Virus record (IMG/VR): IMGVR_UViG_3300009159_000038
Span: 1-64,000 of that record
Reading direction: 5' to 3' (one strand)
DNA: 64,000 nucleotides
Origin: an uncultured virus (IMG/VR IMGVR_UViG_3300009159_000038)
Lineage: Duplodnaviria > Heunggongvirae > Uroviricota > Caudoviricetes
Shown in pieces: positions 1 through 9,300 of the stretch. Positions within the stretch are counted from its first letter, which is position 1, and each line of letters starts with the position of its first letter. Under the pieces are notes generated by a model. That model ran no database searches and was not told the DNA's origin. It was given only the letters and a program-made list of their open reading frames with translations. A program made the translations under genes and the position numbers.

Positions 1-696
1 ACCTTGAAAACCAGTAGCACCTTGAAAACCTAATCCACTTGGACCTTGAATACCTTGAAGACCAGTAGTTCCAATTGTACCTTGATATCCTTGAAAACCT
101 AATCCACTTGGACCTTGAATACCTTGAAGACCAGTAGTTCCAATTGTACCTTGATATCCTTGAGCGCCTAATCCACTCGGACCTTGAATACCCTGAGCAC
201 CAGTAGTTCCAGAAGCTCCAGCACCTTGATATCCTTGAAAACCTAATCCACTCGGACCTTGAATACCTTGAATACCAGTAGTTCCGGAAGGTCCGGCAAT
301 ACCATCTGGACCTTGACGTCCTTGTCGACCTTGATTACCAGTTAAACCGATAGGTCCTTGTAAACCTTGAAGTCCAGTACCTACAGAACCTTGATATCCT
401 TGATCTCCTTTAGCTCCTTGAACACCAGATCCTTGATTACCTTGATAACCCTGATCACCTTTAGCACCTTGATAACCTTGATAACCCTGAGATCCTTTAG
501 CTCCTTGTACACCTTGATAACCTTGAGATCCTATACCTGGACCTTGTACCCCTTGAAATCCAGTAGCTCCTTGAAAACCTAATCCACTTGGACCTTGCGA
601 TCCAGTTAAGCCTTCCGAACCAGTCGAACCTTGAAATCCTTGAAATCCAAGTTCAACAAGTAATCCATTTTGTGGGGATCTTGTACCTATTGCCAT
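1..696 (-). CDS. Collagen-like (G-X-Q) fibre protein, runs off the window start
   Basis: ATG at 696-694; reads MAIGTRSPQNGLLVELGFQGFQGSTG... then G-x-Q triplets to base 1; absent from the ORF track because it has no stop in the window. Confidence 0.9.
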   Translation of the reverse strand, partial: MAIGTRSPQNGLLVELGFQGFQGSTGSEGLTGSQGPSGLGFQGATGFQGVQGPGIGSQGYQGVQGAKGSQGYQGYQGAKGDQGYQGNQGSGVQGAKGDQGYQGSVGTGLQGLQGPIGLTGNQGRQGRQGPDGIAGPSGTTGIQGIQGPSGLGFQGYQGAGASGTTGAQGIQGPSGLGAQGYQGTIGTTGLQGIQGPSGLGFQGYQGTIGTTGLQGIQGPSGLGFQGATGFQG

Positions 697-801
697 TGTT
701 AATATACTTTGATATTTTATTATCTATCTCCGGATAAAGAGTTGTTTTTTCGTGGGATGAAAGAAATTTTTATTTGTTTTTATGTGAGAACTGGGTAATA
801 A

Positions 802-860
802 TGTTAATAACTTTTTGTGCTAAAATTTTTTTATACCAACCTTTTTTATTATATTTGTAT
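802..860 (+). promoter_or_regulatory. Putative early (host sigma) promoter, copy 1
   Basis: TGTTAATAACTT at 802 and TATATTTG at 850-857 (Bacteroidota -7 TAnnTTTG), upstream of ATG 883. Confidence 0.65.
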
Positions 861-882
861 ATACAATTTAAAACATATACAT

Positions 883-1413
883 ATGACACAATTACAATGT
901 ACAAGGTTTTCTTTAATAAAGAATACCAAGCCATTAGGCACCGAAGATTTGCTAACAGTTTTAAACGAAATTGCATCTGACAAATACAAAGTTCAAATCG
1001 AAGAAATTCGTAAAGCCGAAAATCCTTCAAAATCTCCTTTGAAAGATAAACTTCCATTATTTACACCGACCGGTATCTTCTCTCATCGTTCAATGGCCGG
1101 ACTAGAATCTTACAATGGTATTATATGCCTCGATATTGATGGTGTATCAAATCCACAAGAACTAAAAGAAAAAGCAAAAACATTACATTGGGTATATGCT
1201 GCTTTTATTACTCCTTCTGGCCAAGGACTTAAAGTTCTAGTAAAAACTAATGCAACTTCCGAAACCTACAAACAAACCGAAATTCTGGTTGCCGAAGCAT
1301 TTTTTAATATAACCGGTTCATCTCGAGATAATCACTGCAAAGATATTGCAAGAATTCAATTCGTTTCACACGATCCAGATATTTACATTAACGAACATTC
1401 TGTAACATTTTAA
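883..1413 (+). CDS. VirE N-terminal (BT4734/BF3469-like) domain protein
   Basis: KLPLFTPTGIF..R, GIICLDID, FITPSGQGLKVLV, D.HCKDIARIQFVSHDP motifs; start moved to the ATG after the promoter. Confidence 0.8.
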   Translation: MTQLQCTRFSLIKNTKPLGTEDLLTVLNEIASDKYKVQIEEIRKAENPSKSPLKDKLPLFTPTGIFSHRSMAGLESYNGIICLDIDGVSNPQELKEKAKTLHWVYAAFITPSGQGLKVLVKTNATSETYKQTEILVAEAFFNITGSSRDNHCKDIARIQFVSHDPDIYINEHSVTF

Positions 1414-1456
1414 TTAATCAAATCAATAGAAAACATCATATAAAATAAAACACAAT

Positions 1457-1750
1457 ATGTATACCGAATCTACATTAGATCCTGCTGCTAAATCAGTATT
1501 GGAACACTTAAAATCAAATTGCGAAGAAGAAATTAAGATGATTGAAGATTGTATTAAGCTACGTCTTCATATGTCAAATGGTCTTACATCGAAAGAAAGA
1601 GAACAAAATCTTTTTGATCCATTTCAACTACAACTAGTTATTCATGATACTTATGATTTAGAAATGCATGCATATGACGTTGGTGCATGGGAAACGCAAA
1701 AACAAACATTAGATACAATTAATCAATTATTAGAATATGAAGTCGAATAA
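1457..1750 (+). CDS. Hypothetical protein
   Basis: ATG with A-rich leader, overlaps next gene. Confidence 0.7.
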   Translation: MYTESTLDPAAKSVLEHLKSNCEEEIKMIEDCIKLRLHMSNGLTSKEREQNLFDPFQLQLVIHDTYDLEMHAYDVGAWETQKQTLDTINQLLEYEVE

Positions 1751-2228
1751 ATCAAGAATTATACTATGCGGTAAAGCTGCATCAGGAAAAGATCATCTTC
1801 GAAAAATCCTCGAAGGTCGCGGTTTTAAGTATGGTGTATCTTATACTACTCGTCCACCACGTCAAGGAGAAATTGATGGTAAAGATTATTTCTTTTTAGA
1901 AGAATCTGAATTTAACGATCTAATCGAACAAAATTTCTTCTATGAATATGTAACCTTTAATGGTTGGTTCTATGGAACATCAAAAGATCAATGGTATAAC
2001 ACCGATGATATATTCATTATGACTCCTTCAGGTATTCGCAAGCTACATGCAGCCGATAGAAAATCTTCGTTTATCATTTGTATTGATATTCCTAGAGAAA
2101 CCAGAAAAGCTAGATTAACTGAAAGAAATGATACGGCAGATTCTATTGATCGTCGATTAGATGCAGATGATCGAGATTTTGAAGGATTTAACGATTTTGA
2201 TATCGTAATCAACAATGAAAATTTTTAA
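1737..2228 (+). CDS. gmk: Guanylate kinase-like protein
   Basis: GKAASGKD P-loop, SYTTRPPRQGEIDGKDYFF, FNGWFYGT. Confidence 0.9.
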   Translation: MKSNKSRIILCGKAASGKDHLRKILEGRGFKYGVSYTTRPPRQGEIDGKDYFFLEESEFNDLIEQNFFYEYVTFNGWFYGTSKDQWYNTDDIFIMTPSGIRKLHAADRKSSFIICIDIPRETRKARLTERNDTADSIDRRLDADDRDFEGFNDFDIVINNENF

Positions 2229-2232
2229 ATAT

Positions 2233-2664
2233 ATGGAAAAGAAATCAAAAAAACCAAGTTGGAACGAAATTATACATCGTCCACAATTACCAGAAGGATG
2301 GAGTGTTATCGAACAACAAACATCTCTTAAATGTTCAACCACCAATTTTGTTAGATGGGGAAAAACTCATCATAATGGACAACCTGAAAGAATTTGGGTA
2401 GTATTAGTGGAACATAATCCTGAATATTACGCTGTACCTTTCGTTGTTCGAGGAGGATTACATGCTAAAGGTCCTTCAGGATTAAGTTACTTTCAAGACA
2501 TTAAATCAGCAACAGAATGCTTGGTTATTATTATGGAAGCTACTGATCGTTGGATTGAAGAAATCAACTCAGAGAAATATATCAAAGCTTACAATGATAA
2601 AATTGAAGCTGCGATTAAAGCTGACGAAAAACGAAGAAAGGATTCATCCGAACTTTATGCATAA
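2233..2664 (+). CDS. Hypothetical protein
   Basis: ORF in operon, ATG just after gmk stop. Confidence 0.7.
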   Translation: MEKKSKKPSWNEIIHRPQLPEGWSVIEQQTSLKCSTTNFVRWGKTHHNGQPERIWVVLVEHNPEYYAVPFVVRGGLHAKGPSGLSYFQDIKSATECLVIIMEATDRWIEEINSEKYIKAYNDKIEAAIKADEKRRKDSSELYA

Positions 2665-3106
2665 TTATTTAGTAGTATCTCAGAGTGGAGATTTTGGCTT
2701 AAACAAGCAATTAGCTCTAAAGGTAATGAGTATATTGAAGATGGAACATGGAAAAGATTCTGTCTATATAAATGCATCTGGCTTTACTAAAGCGGATTAT
2801 GCATTTAATAAGATTATATTCATTATTCCTGAATGGAATGGAACATATCCATATCTATTCAAACAAATCATCGATAATTCAGAATGGCCTTCTCTTTTAG
2901 ATAAAAAGAAAGTTCTGCTTATTGGTACATCAAATGGTAAATTTGGTAATGTTATGGGAGTCAATCACTTTGAGTATACTCTTAATTATGTCGGTTCTTC
3001 CGTCTTTACGAAGAAGGTTTATGTACCTAAATTAACAGAAAATATAGAAAACGAAGAGTATATAGGTTATCTAAAAGATGTACTATTAGAGTTCCATTTA
3101 GCATAA
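2657..3106 (+). CDS. NAD(P)H-dependent FMN reductase-like flavoprotein
   Basis: IIPEWNGTYPYLFKQIID resembles PEYNGS.P..LK..ID; KKVLLIGTSNGKFG; N-terminal FMN-phosphate loop divergent. Confidence 0.7.
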   Translation: MHNYLVVSQSGDFGLNKQLALKVMSILKMEHGKDSVYINASGFTKADYAFNKIIFIIPEWNGTYPYLFKQIIDNSEWPSLLDKKKVLLIGTSNGKFGNVMGVNHFEYTLNYVGSSVFTKKVYVPKLTENIENEEYIGYLKDVLLEFHLA

Positions 3107-3109
3107 AAA

Positions 3110-3176
3110 TGTTAATAACTTTCCGAAAATAAATGTCAAAAAAGTTTTTTATTCCACAAAAAAGTATTATATTTGT
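3110..3176 (+). promoter_or_regulatory. Putative early promoter, copy 2
   Basis: TGTTAATAACTT at 3110, TATATTTG at 3168-3175; near-identical to 21494-21560. Confidence 0.75.
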
Positions 3177-3196
3177 ATATACAAAATAATCAAATA

Positions 3197-5095
3197 ATGA
3201 ACATACGAGAAAAAGAAAATTTATACCTTTTAGCCAAAACTAAATATTACGAAGGTGAACCTATTCTATCCGATTTCGAATTCGATAATCTCGAAGATGA
3301 ATTAAAGCTAGAAAATTCTCAAGTAATTAAAATTGTAGGTTCTCAAGATCTAAAGGATATTAAGTTTAATCACGTATCTCCTATGCTTTCGTTAAACAAA
3401 ATTCAAGTTCAACGAAACGAATCAATCACTGTTGCTAATACTAAATATCTTACATGGTTAACTGCCAATCAAAGTAATACTTCCTTACAAATGGAAGCTA
3501 CTCCTAAATTCGATGGTTCTTCTTGTAATTTGATTTACGAAAATGGTAAACTAACTCTCGCATTAACTCGTGGTGATGGTGCTAAAGGCCAAAATATTAT
3601 TGAAAAAATGAAATTGATTGTACCTAATACAATCTCTTCAAAAGATAAAATCGAAATTCGAGGTGAAGTGGTTATTCCAGTAACTACGTTCGATTCTAAA
3701 TATGCCGCAATATATAAAAATCCACGAAACTTCGTTGCTGGTATTCTAGGTAGGGATATCGTCGATACCTCAATTATTTCAGATTTTCATTTTATAGCAT
3801 TCGAATGCAGAATTCATACAAACACATCTCAACACCATTCAAACACTCTACAATTCTTAATCGATAATCAATTCAGAACTACACCAAAAATGATTATGTT
3901 CGATAAATTCGAATATGCTTATAATGAAATACATAATTATCGAACAAACGGTTCACCTTACCAATTAGATGGTATGGTTATTAAATTCCCAGAAAATTTA
4001 AGAAATGTAATTGGCGAAACCGATTATGCACCTAAATGGGCAGTAGCAATTAAATTTCCTCCAAAGGAATCTATTACCACAATCAAAAAAATTATATGGA
4101 ACGTTGGTATATCTTCTGAATTTACACCAGTTGCAGTACTCGATCCAATCGATTTAGATGGAACTATCGTTTCAAATGTTAATCTTCATAATTATGGTAA
4201 TGTAATACGTCAAGGTTTACTTCCAGGTGCTCAAGTAATTATCGTAAAATCTGGTGATATCATTCCTATCGTTCAAAAAGTTATTAAACCTTCTACTGAA
4301 TCTATCGAAAAATATCTACCTTCTCCGTGTTCTTCTCAATGTAAAATTGAAGTACAAGGTAATATTCACTTAGTATGTACAAATCCTACATGTCCTAACA
4401 AATCAATTCTACAATTAATGCGAGGAATTGGTACCTTCGGTTTTCGAAATGTAGCCGGATCTACGATTAAGAAAATTCACAAAGCAGGTATACAATCAAT
4501 ACATGATATATTCGATAATTCTAAATTCAACGAACAAAAACTAATTGAAAGTGGCGAATTTAAAAAAGGAAGATCGCTAGAAATTCTTCTTAATTCTCGA
4601 AATAATCCAGAAAGAAAAATAACGCTTCCCCTGGTTATTGCATCGTTATCCTTCGATAACGTTGGATTTTCTACTGCTACACAAATAGCTAAGTTATTCG
4701 AAAACAAAACACCTGATTGGACCGGATTATCATCTGCATCTTATTTACCTTTCTTAAATAAACAATCTACTGAATATCTATCAGTTCTTCGCTTAATACA
4801 AACTCTAGAATCTAATGGATTTGCAATACAAAGCGAAGAAGTTCGTACAATTTCAGTAAATTCAATTATCTTTGAAATGACCGGATCACCAAAACCTTAT
4901 GGATTTAAAACCAAGGAAGATTTCTTAAAGTTAATTACCAACAATGGTTATTCTCATGGTGATCTTAATGATAAATGCAAAATATTAATTACTGACGATA
5001 TCAATTCAAATTCATCTAAAATGACAAAAGCTAAAAAGTTAGGTGTTGAAATCATGACTTATGAAGATATTCTTAATAAAATCAAGAATATATAA
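3197..5095 (+). CDS. ligA: NAD-dependent DNA ligase
   Basis: YY.GEPILSD.EFD, PKFDG adenylation motif, TRGDG, EIRGEV, NPRN, DGMVIK, KSGDIIP, Cys Zn finger, C-terminal BRCT (SSKMTKAKKLGV). Confidence 0.96.
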   Translation: MNIREKENLYLLAKTKYYEGEPILSDFEFDNLEDELKLENSQVIKIVGSQDLKDIKFNHVSPMLSLNKIQVQRNESITVANTKYLTWLTANQSNTSLQMEATPKFDGSSCNLIYENGKLTLALTRGDGAKGQNIIEKMKLIVPNTISSKDKIEIRGEVVIPVTTFDSKYAAIYKNPRNFVAGILGRDIVDTSIISDFHFIAFECRIHTNTSQHHSNTLQFLIDNQFRTTPKMIMFDKFEYAYNEIHNYRTNGSPYQLDGMVIKFPENLRNVIGETDYAPKWAVAIKFPPKESITTIKKIIWNVGISSEFTPVAVLDPIDLDGTIVSNVNLHNYGNVIRQGLLPGAQVIIVKSGDIIPIVQKVIKPSTESIEKYLPSPCSSQCKIEVQGNIHLVCTNPTCPNKSILQLMRGIGTFGFRNVAGSTIKKIHKAGIQSIHDIFDNSKFNEQKLIESGEFKKGRSLEILLNSRNNPERKITLPLVIASLSFDNVGFSTATQIAKLFENKTPDWTGLSSASYLPFLNKQSTEYLSVLRLIQTLESNGFAIQSEEVRTISVNSIIFEMTGSPKPYGFKTKEDFLKLITNNGYSHGDLNDKCKILITDDINSNSSKMTKAKKLGVEIMTYEDILNKIKNI

Positions 5096-5103
5096 CTAAC
5101 AAC

Positions 5104-5445
5104 ATGAACAAGCTACCTACATATCAAGAGTTCTTAAATGAATCATTAGTTATCCTTTCTTTGAAAGGTATAATGAAGAATGAATTTATGAACAATATAG
5201 AACTTAAGCAAGAGTTCGAAACCGCTAGAAGATTATTCTTCGACAATGGTTCATGTTTATTCGATCACATTGAAGGCGATCGATTTACGCTAAGAACGCA
5301 TTCTACATTCGAAACTTCGGATATGGATGCACTCATTACAAAGATCAACGACGAAATTGAAAGGTTTTCTTTCAAGAGAGTCGGTCCGGCTAAAAAGAAT
5401 ATCATTAAAGAAAATCTTTGGTCTCTTAAAGCCAAACTTAATTGA
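5104..5445 (+). CDS. Putative internal head protein with capsid-targeting-like leader
   Basis: N-terminus MNKLPTYQEFLNES resembles T4 IP leader MKTYQEFIAE; AATATATA upstream. Confidence 0.6.
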   Translation: MNKLPTYQEFLNESLVILSLKGIMKNEFMNNIELKQEFETARRLFFDNGSCLFDHIEGDRFTLRTHSTFETSDMDALITKINDEIERFSFKRVGPAKKNIIKENLWSLKAKLN

Positions 5446-5493
5446 TACTTTTTAATCATTTCATTCATTTAATTATTATTAATCCCACAAAAC

Positions 5494-6204
5494 ATGACAA
5501 AATACTTTAAGTATTCTGACTTTGAGCAAGCGTTTCTTTGCATTAATGGCGAAATAATTACCAATCCTGAATATCGTTCAACTTCTCGATTAGGTGATAT
5601 GTTAGAAATTCAAAGTCTTACATATGAAGTTGCAGATCCAACAACATATAAATTCACAAACGAAAACATCGGCAGATTAAATTACGATTATGCAGATACA
5701 TTTTATCAATGGATGATATCTGGATCTACTGATAATGAAGCACTTCTTAAAGATTATCCTAATGTTGCAAGATTCATGGAAAAACCTAAATCTCCTGATC
5801 TTCCAGCAAATTTCAATACATTCTATGGTCCTCGTATTCTAGAACAACTACCTCACGTTATCAAAGAACTTAAAGATCATCCTGATACTCGTCGAGCAGT
5901 AATTTCTATCCTTGATAAAAGTGATGTACTTCTTCTCGATAAACCAAATGAAACTCTTGAATTTCCTTGTTGTGATTCTGCAACATTCTCTATTCGTGAA
6001 GGTAAGCTGAATATTCACTTACATATGCGTTCACAAAATATAGGTCAAGTACTTAAGCTGGATATGTATCTATGGGGTAGATTTCAAACGCAAATTGCTG
6101 AAGAATTAGGTTTACCTGTTGGTAGATTCGTTTCAACTGTAGTTTCTGCTCATGTATTCGAAAAAGATATTGCTTACTTAAATGACTTAATTATTAATTC
6201 GTAA
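5494..6204 (+). CDS. Thymidylate synthase-fold dCMP-modifying enzyme (gp42-like, atypical)
   Basis: YGPRI, DTRRAVISI, catalytic PC, MRSQN...D (Asp at the N177-equivalent), SAHVF. Confidence 0.85.
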   Translation: MTKYFKYSDFEQAFLCINGEIITNPEYRSTSRLGDMLEIQSLTYEVADPTTYKFTNENIGRLNYDYADTFYQWMISGSTDNEALLKDYPNVARFMEKPKSPDLPANFNTFYGPRILEQLPHVIKELKDHPDTRRAVISILDKSDVLLLDKPNETLEFPCCDSATFSIREGKLNIHLHMRSQNIGQVLKLDMYLWGRFQTQIAEELGLPVGRFVSTVVSAHVFEKDIAYLNDLIINS

Positions 6205-6214
6205 ATCCAAACAA

Positions 6215-7531
6215 ATGAAAGATAAAAAACTCCAAGTATTCTATGCAGTTCAAGTATCAAACTTTACATTAGTAAATGGCAAACCTAAATGGTTATTGCG
6301 AAATGATGCATGCACTAACATTGCAATCGGAATCATCTCTACGGTTTTAAAGAGATATCCTGATCAATTCAAATTTTTAATTAAACTTCCTTCTGCTTAT
6401 GATACAGTAGATGTGGTTCAATTAGAAGATCTATTTAAACCAGAATTTCATAAAGATATCGAATTTCTTATTGATGATATCCCTCATTCTCCAGTAACTA
6501 GTCGCTATCATTTCGATATGCAACGATATCTCGTTCATCCTGAATATGCAAAAGCTTTCAGCGAAGTAGATCTTATGATTAATGATGAAAATACATTAAC
6601 GAAGAATTGGCGAGTACTTTTCAATGAAATGAAATTAACCATCCCAATCATTTCTACGAATTATTTCCTCGATTCACCTATCGCAAATAAAGTTCCAGAA
6701 AAACTTCGTTATTATGAACGTCAAATGGAATCTTTTATTACATCGGATATTGCTGCATTTCAATGCGAAGCTGGCAGAGTCGAAGCTATGGAAGCTTATG
6801 ATGTTTTATTTAAGACTCGTGAGATTCTAGCTCCTCAATCCGTATGGGGTGTTGGTGCACATTATGCCGAAATCGAAGAATATCATACAGATAAAAAATT
6901 CGAGATACCTACAATTTACTTTGGCAATCGTATTTCGGATACTGCAAATCGTTATACTAATTATGATACATTCGCCGAAGCAATTGGTATTCTATCGACT
7001 ATCACCGATAAACCATTTCGAGCAGTAATGCTTAATCCAACTCGTAAAGTTACTGCCGATCAATTGAATTTAATTGCAGATCTATCTAAACATCAAGTTG
7101 AAGTAATGTCTAACGATGAAAAATTCACTCGTCAAGATTATCTAACATTCATCAACAAATCTCATATTGCTTGTAACCTATTCGTCACCGAAGTTCATGG
7201 TGGTGTTACTCATTGTGAAGCAATGATGGCTAAGAATATTTTGGTAATGCCTAAAGTAAATAATTACTGGCACAAAATGAAAAAGGCTGGTCATGAAGAT
7301 TATCCTCTATTCACTGCACTCGATTCAACGAATTCTCATAAACCAGATGCTCGTGATGTAGCAGAAAAATTGAAGATTGCTCTTAATTATATAGATACTC
7401 CTATAGAAAATCAATTAAGAGAATTATGTCATAATGTCGGTTATAAATACGAATCTTACGAATCTGCTTGTGATCGTATCGTAAATGATATACGTTCGCT
7501 TGTTCTTCCTATCTTGAATAATAAAAACTAA
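6215..7531 (+). CDS. GT-B glycosyltransferase (GT4/alpha-GT-like)
   Basis: YFGNRISD and EVHGGVTHCEAMMAKNILVMP nucleotide-sugar-binding segment; adjacent to the TS-fold gene. Confidence 0.7.
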   Translation: MKDKKLQVFYAVQVSNFTLVNGKPKWLLRNDACTNIAIGIISTVLKRYPDQFKFLIKLPSAYDTVDVVQLEDLFKPEFHKDIEFLIDDIPHSPVTSRYHFDMQRYLVHPEYAKAFSEVDLMINDENTLTKNWRVLFNEMKLTIPIISTNYFLDSPIANKVPEKLRYYERQMESFITSDIAAFQCEAGRVEAMEAYDVLFKTREILAPQSVWGVGAHYAEIEEYHTDKKFEIPTIYFGNRISDTANRYTNYDTFAEAIGILSTITDKPFRAVMLNPTRKVTADQLNLIADLSKHQVEVMSNDEKFTRQDYLTFINKSHIACNLFVTEVHGGVTHCEAMMAKNILVMPKVNNYWHKMKKAGHEDYPLFTALDSTNSHKPDARDVAEKLKIALNYIDTPIENQLRELCHNVGYKYESYESACDRIVNDIRSLVLPILNNKN

Positions 7532-7540
7532 TTAACAATT

Positions 7541-7575
7541 TGACGAGGAGTAATCATTTGGTTACTCCTTTGTCA
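7541..7575. other. Intergenic stem-loop
   Basis: TGACGAGGAGTAATC-ATTT-GGTTACTCCTTTGTCA imperfect inverted repeat; no strong U-tract. Confidence 0.5.
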
Positions 7576-7591
7576 TATAATAATTAAACAT

Positions 7592-8146
7592 ATGGCAAAC
7601 TTAATTCTACTTGAAGGCTTATCCAGAACAGGCAAATCAACTATTTCAAAATCGATTGCTGATGAATTTGGATTTCGTAATTTCTCCATTAAGACTAAGA
7701 TGCCGGATTATGTACAAAATTTACCTGATTTTTATCATGGTATGCACGTTTTAGCAAATGAATTATTCAGATCTTTTCCCCATGAAACTTTCATCTTAGA
7801 TAGATCTTTTTTATCTGAGATGGTTTATTCTCAATTTTTTAACAGACATTCATATATAAATAACGATCAAGTCATTTGCGATTTACTTCTAGATAACAAG
7901 TTTATACTTGTACTTCTAGATAACAATCATCAAAATTATTTAGATCGTGGACCAAAAGATAAAATCACTTATTCTGAACAAGAATTTATTAAACAGAAAG
8001 ATCTTTTCCAATGGCACTTCCATAATTTCCGTGACAAATACGATCCACAATCATGGCGAGATAGATTTTTACACATTGATACATCAATCACAACTCTAGA
8101 AGATACAACAAAACAAATTAAAACAAAGATAAAACAAGTATTATGA
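7592..8146 (+). CDS. dNMP kinase (thymidylate kinase-like)
   Basis: LEGLSRTGKST P-loop, ILDRSFLSEMVYS. Confidence 0.8.
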   Translation: MANLILLEGLSRTGKSTISKSIADEFGFRNFSIKTKMPDYVQNLPDFYHGMHVLANELFRSFPHETFILDRSFLSEMVYSQFFNRHSYINNDQVICDLLLDNKFILVLLDNNHQNYLDRGPKDKITYSEQEFIKQKDLFQWHFHNFRDKYDPQSWRDRFLHIDTSITTLEDTTKQIKTKIKQVL

Positions 8147-9300
8147 AAAATAAAGCAGCGATAGTAACCGGTAGTTCAGGTCTTATTGGTTCGCAAACGG
8201 TTAAATCTCTTATTGAAAAGGGATATTATGTGATTGGCATTGATAATGATATGCGATCATATTTTTTCGGATCCGATGCATCTACTAAAGAATCTGAACA
8301 AAAAATGTTATCTGATTATGGTAGAGAAAAATTCAATCCTGTAAGTATCGATATTCGAGATTATGAAGGATTGGAATTCGTATTCAAATATCTAACAGAA
8401 AATATAACTACTCTTCTTGGAGAACCAGTTGAATTTGATTTTGATTTAGTTGTTCATACCGCAGCACAACCTTCACATGATTGGGCAGCTAAAGAACCTC
8501 TAACTGATTTTTCTGTTAATGCAATCGGTACCATGAATTTACTAGAATTAACTCGACTATATGCACCAAAAGCAACCTTCATCTTTACTTCGACTAACAA
8601 AGTTTATGGTGATACTCCTAATCGTTTGAATTTAGTTGAATTGGAAACTCGATATGAAGCAGTATCTAATCTTTCGAAAAATCTTATCGAGGTAGATGAA
8701 TTTATGTCAATCGACCATACTAAACATTCCATCTTCGGTGCATCTAAAGTTGCTGCTGATATTATGGTTCAAGAATATGGAAGATATTTTGGAATGAATA
8801 CCGTAGTATTTCGAGGTGGTTGTTTAACTGGACCTAATCATGCAGGTGCTGAACTTCATGGATTCTTATCTTACTTAATCAAATGTATTGTTAATAACAA
8901 ACCTTATACCATCTTTGGTTATAAAGGAAAACAAGTTCGAGATAACATTCATTCATCAGATCTAGTAAATATGTTCTGGCATTATCATCAAAATCCTATT
9001 CCAGGTGCAGTGTATAATGCAGGTGGTGGTCGAGAAAACAGCACATCTATTCTTGAAGCTATCGCAACCACAAATACTATTCTTAAAGAAGAAAATCCTG
9101 AACATAAAGATTGGAAGAATTTCAAAATCTCCAATGATGCTCGAATCGGTGACCATCAATGGTATATCTCAGATCTAACTAAATTTAAGACTGATTATCC
9201 ACAATGGCCTGGAATTACAATTTCATTAGATGAAACTATTCGTCAAATAATCAAATTTGAACAAACAAAAACAGCTGAAGTACTAAATGAAGCGAATTAA
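8143..9300 (+). CDS. NAD-dependent nucleotide-sugar epimerase (CDP-tyvelose/paratose 2-epimerase-like)
   Basis: TGSSGLIG, AAQPSHDWA, STNKVYG, HSIFGASK, GKQVRDNIH, RIGDHQWYISD. Confidence 0.9.
   Translation: MKNKAAIVTGSSGLIGSQTVKSLIEKGYYVIGIDNDMRSYFFGSDASTKESEQKMLSDYGREKFNPVSIDIRDYEGLEFVFKYLTENITTLLGEPVEFDFDLVVHTAAQPSHDWAAKEPLTDFSVNAIGTMNLLELTRLYAPKATFIFTSTNKVYGDTPNRLNLVELETRYEAVSNLSKNLIEVDEFMSIDHTKHSIFGASKVAADIMVQEYGRYFGMNTVVFRGGCLTGPNHAGAELHGFLSYLIKCIVNNKPYTIFGYKGKQVRDNIHSSDLVNMFWHYHQNPIPGAVYNAGGGRENSTSILEAIATTNTILKEENPEHKDWKNFKISNDARIGDHQWYISDLTKFKTDYPQWPGITISLDETIRQIIKFEQTKTAEVLNEAN

Noticed and set aside
367..582. Plus-strand S/L/I/T-rich ORF
   Set aside because: Antisense shadow of the minus-strand collagen gene
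770..1057. Short overlapping ORFs (770-1057 minus, 774-980 plus) and the upstream start at 817
   Set aside because: They overlap the promoter and the VirE-N gene; ATG 883 fits better
5494..6204. Calling this gene thyA
   Set aside because: Lacks the dUMP-specific Asn and the PFN motif; context points to base modification
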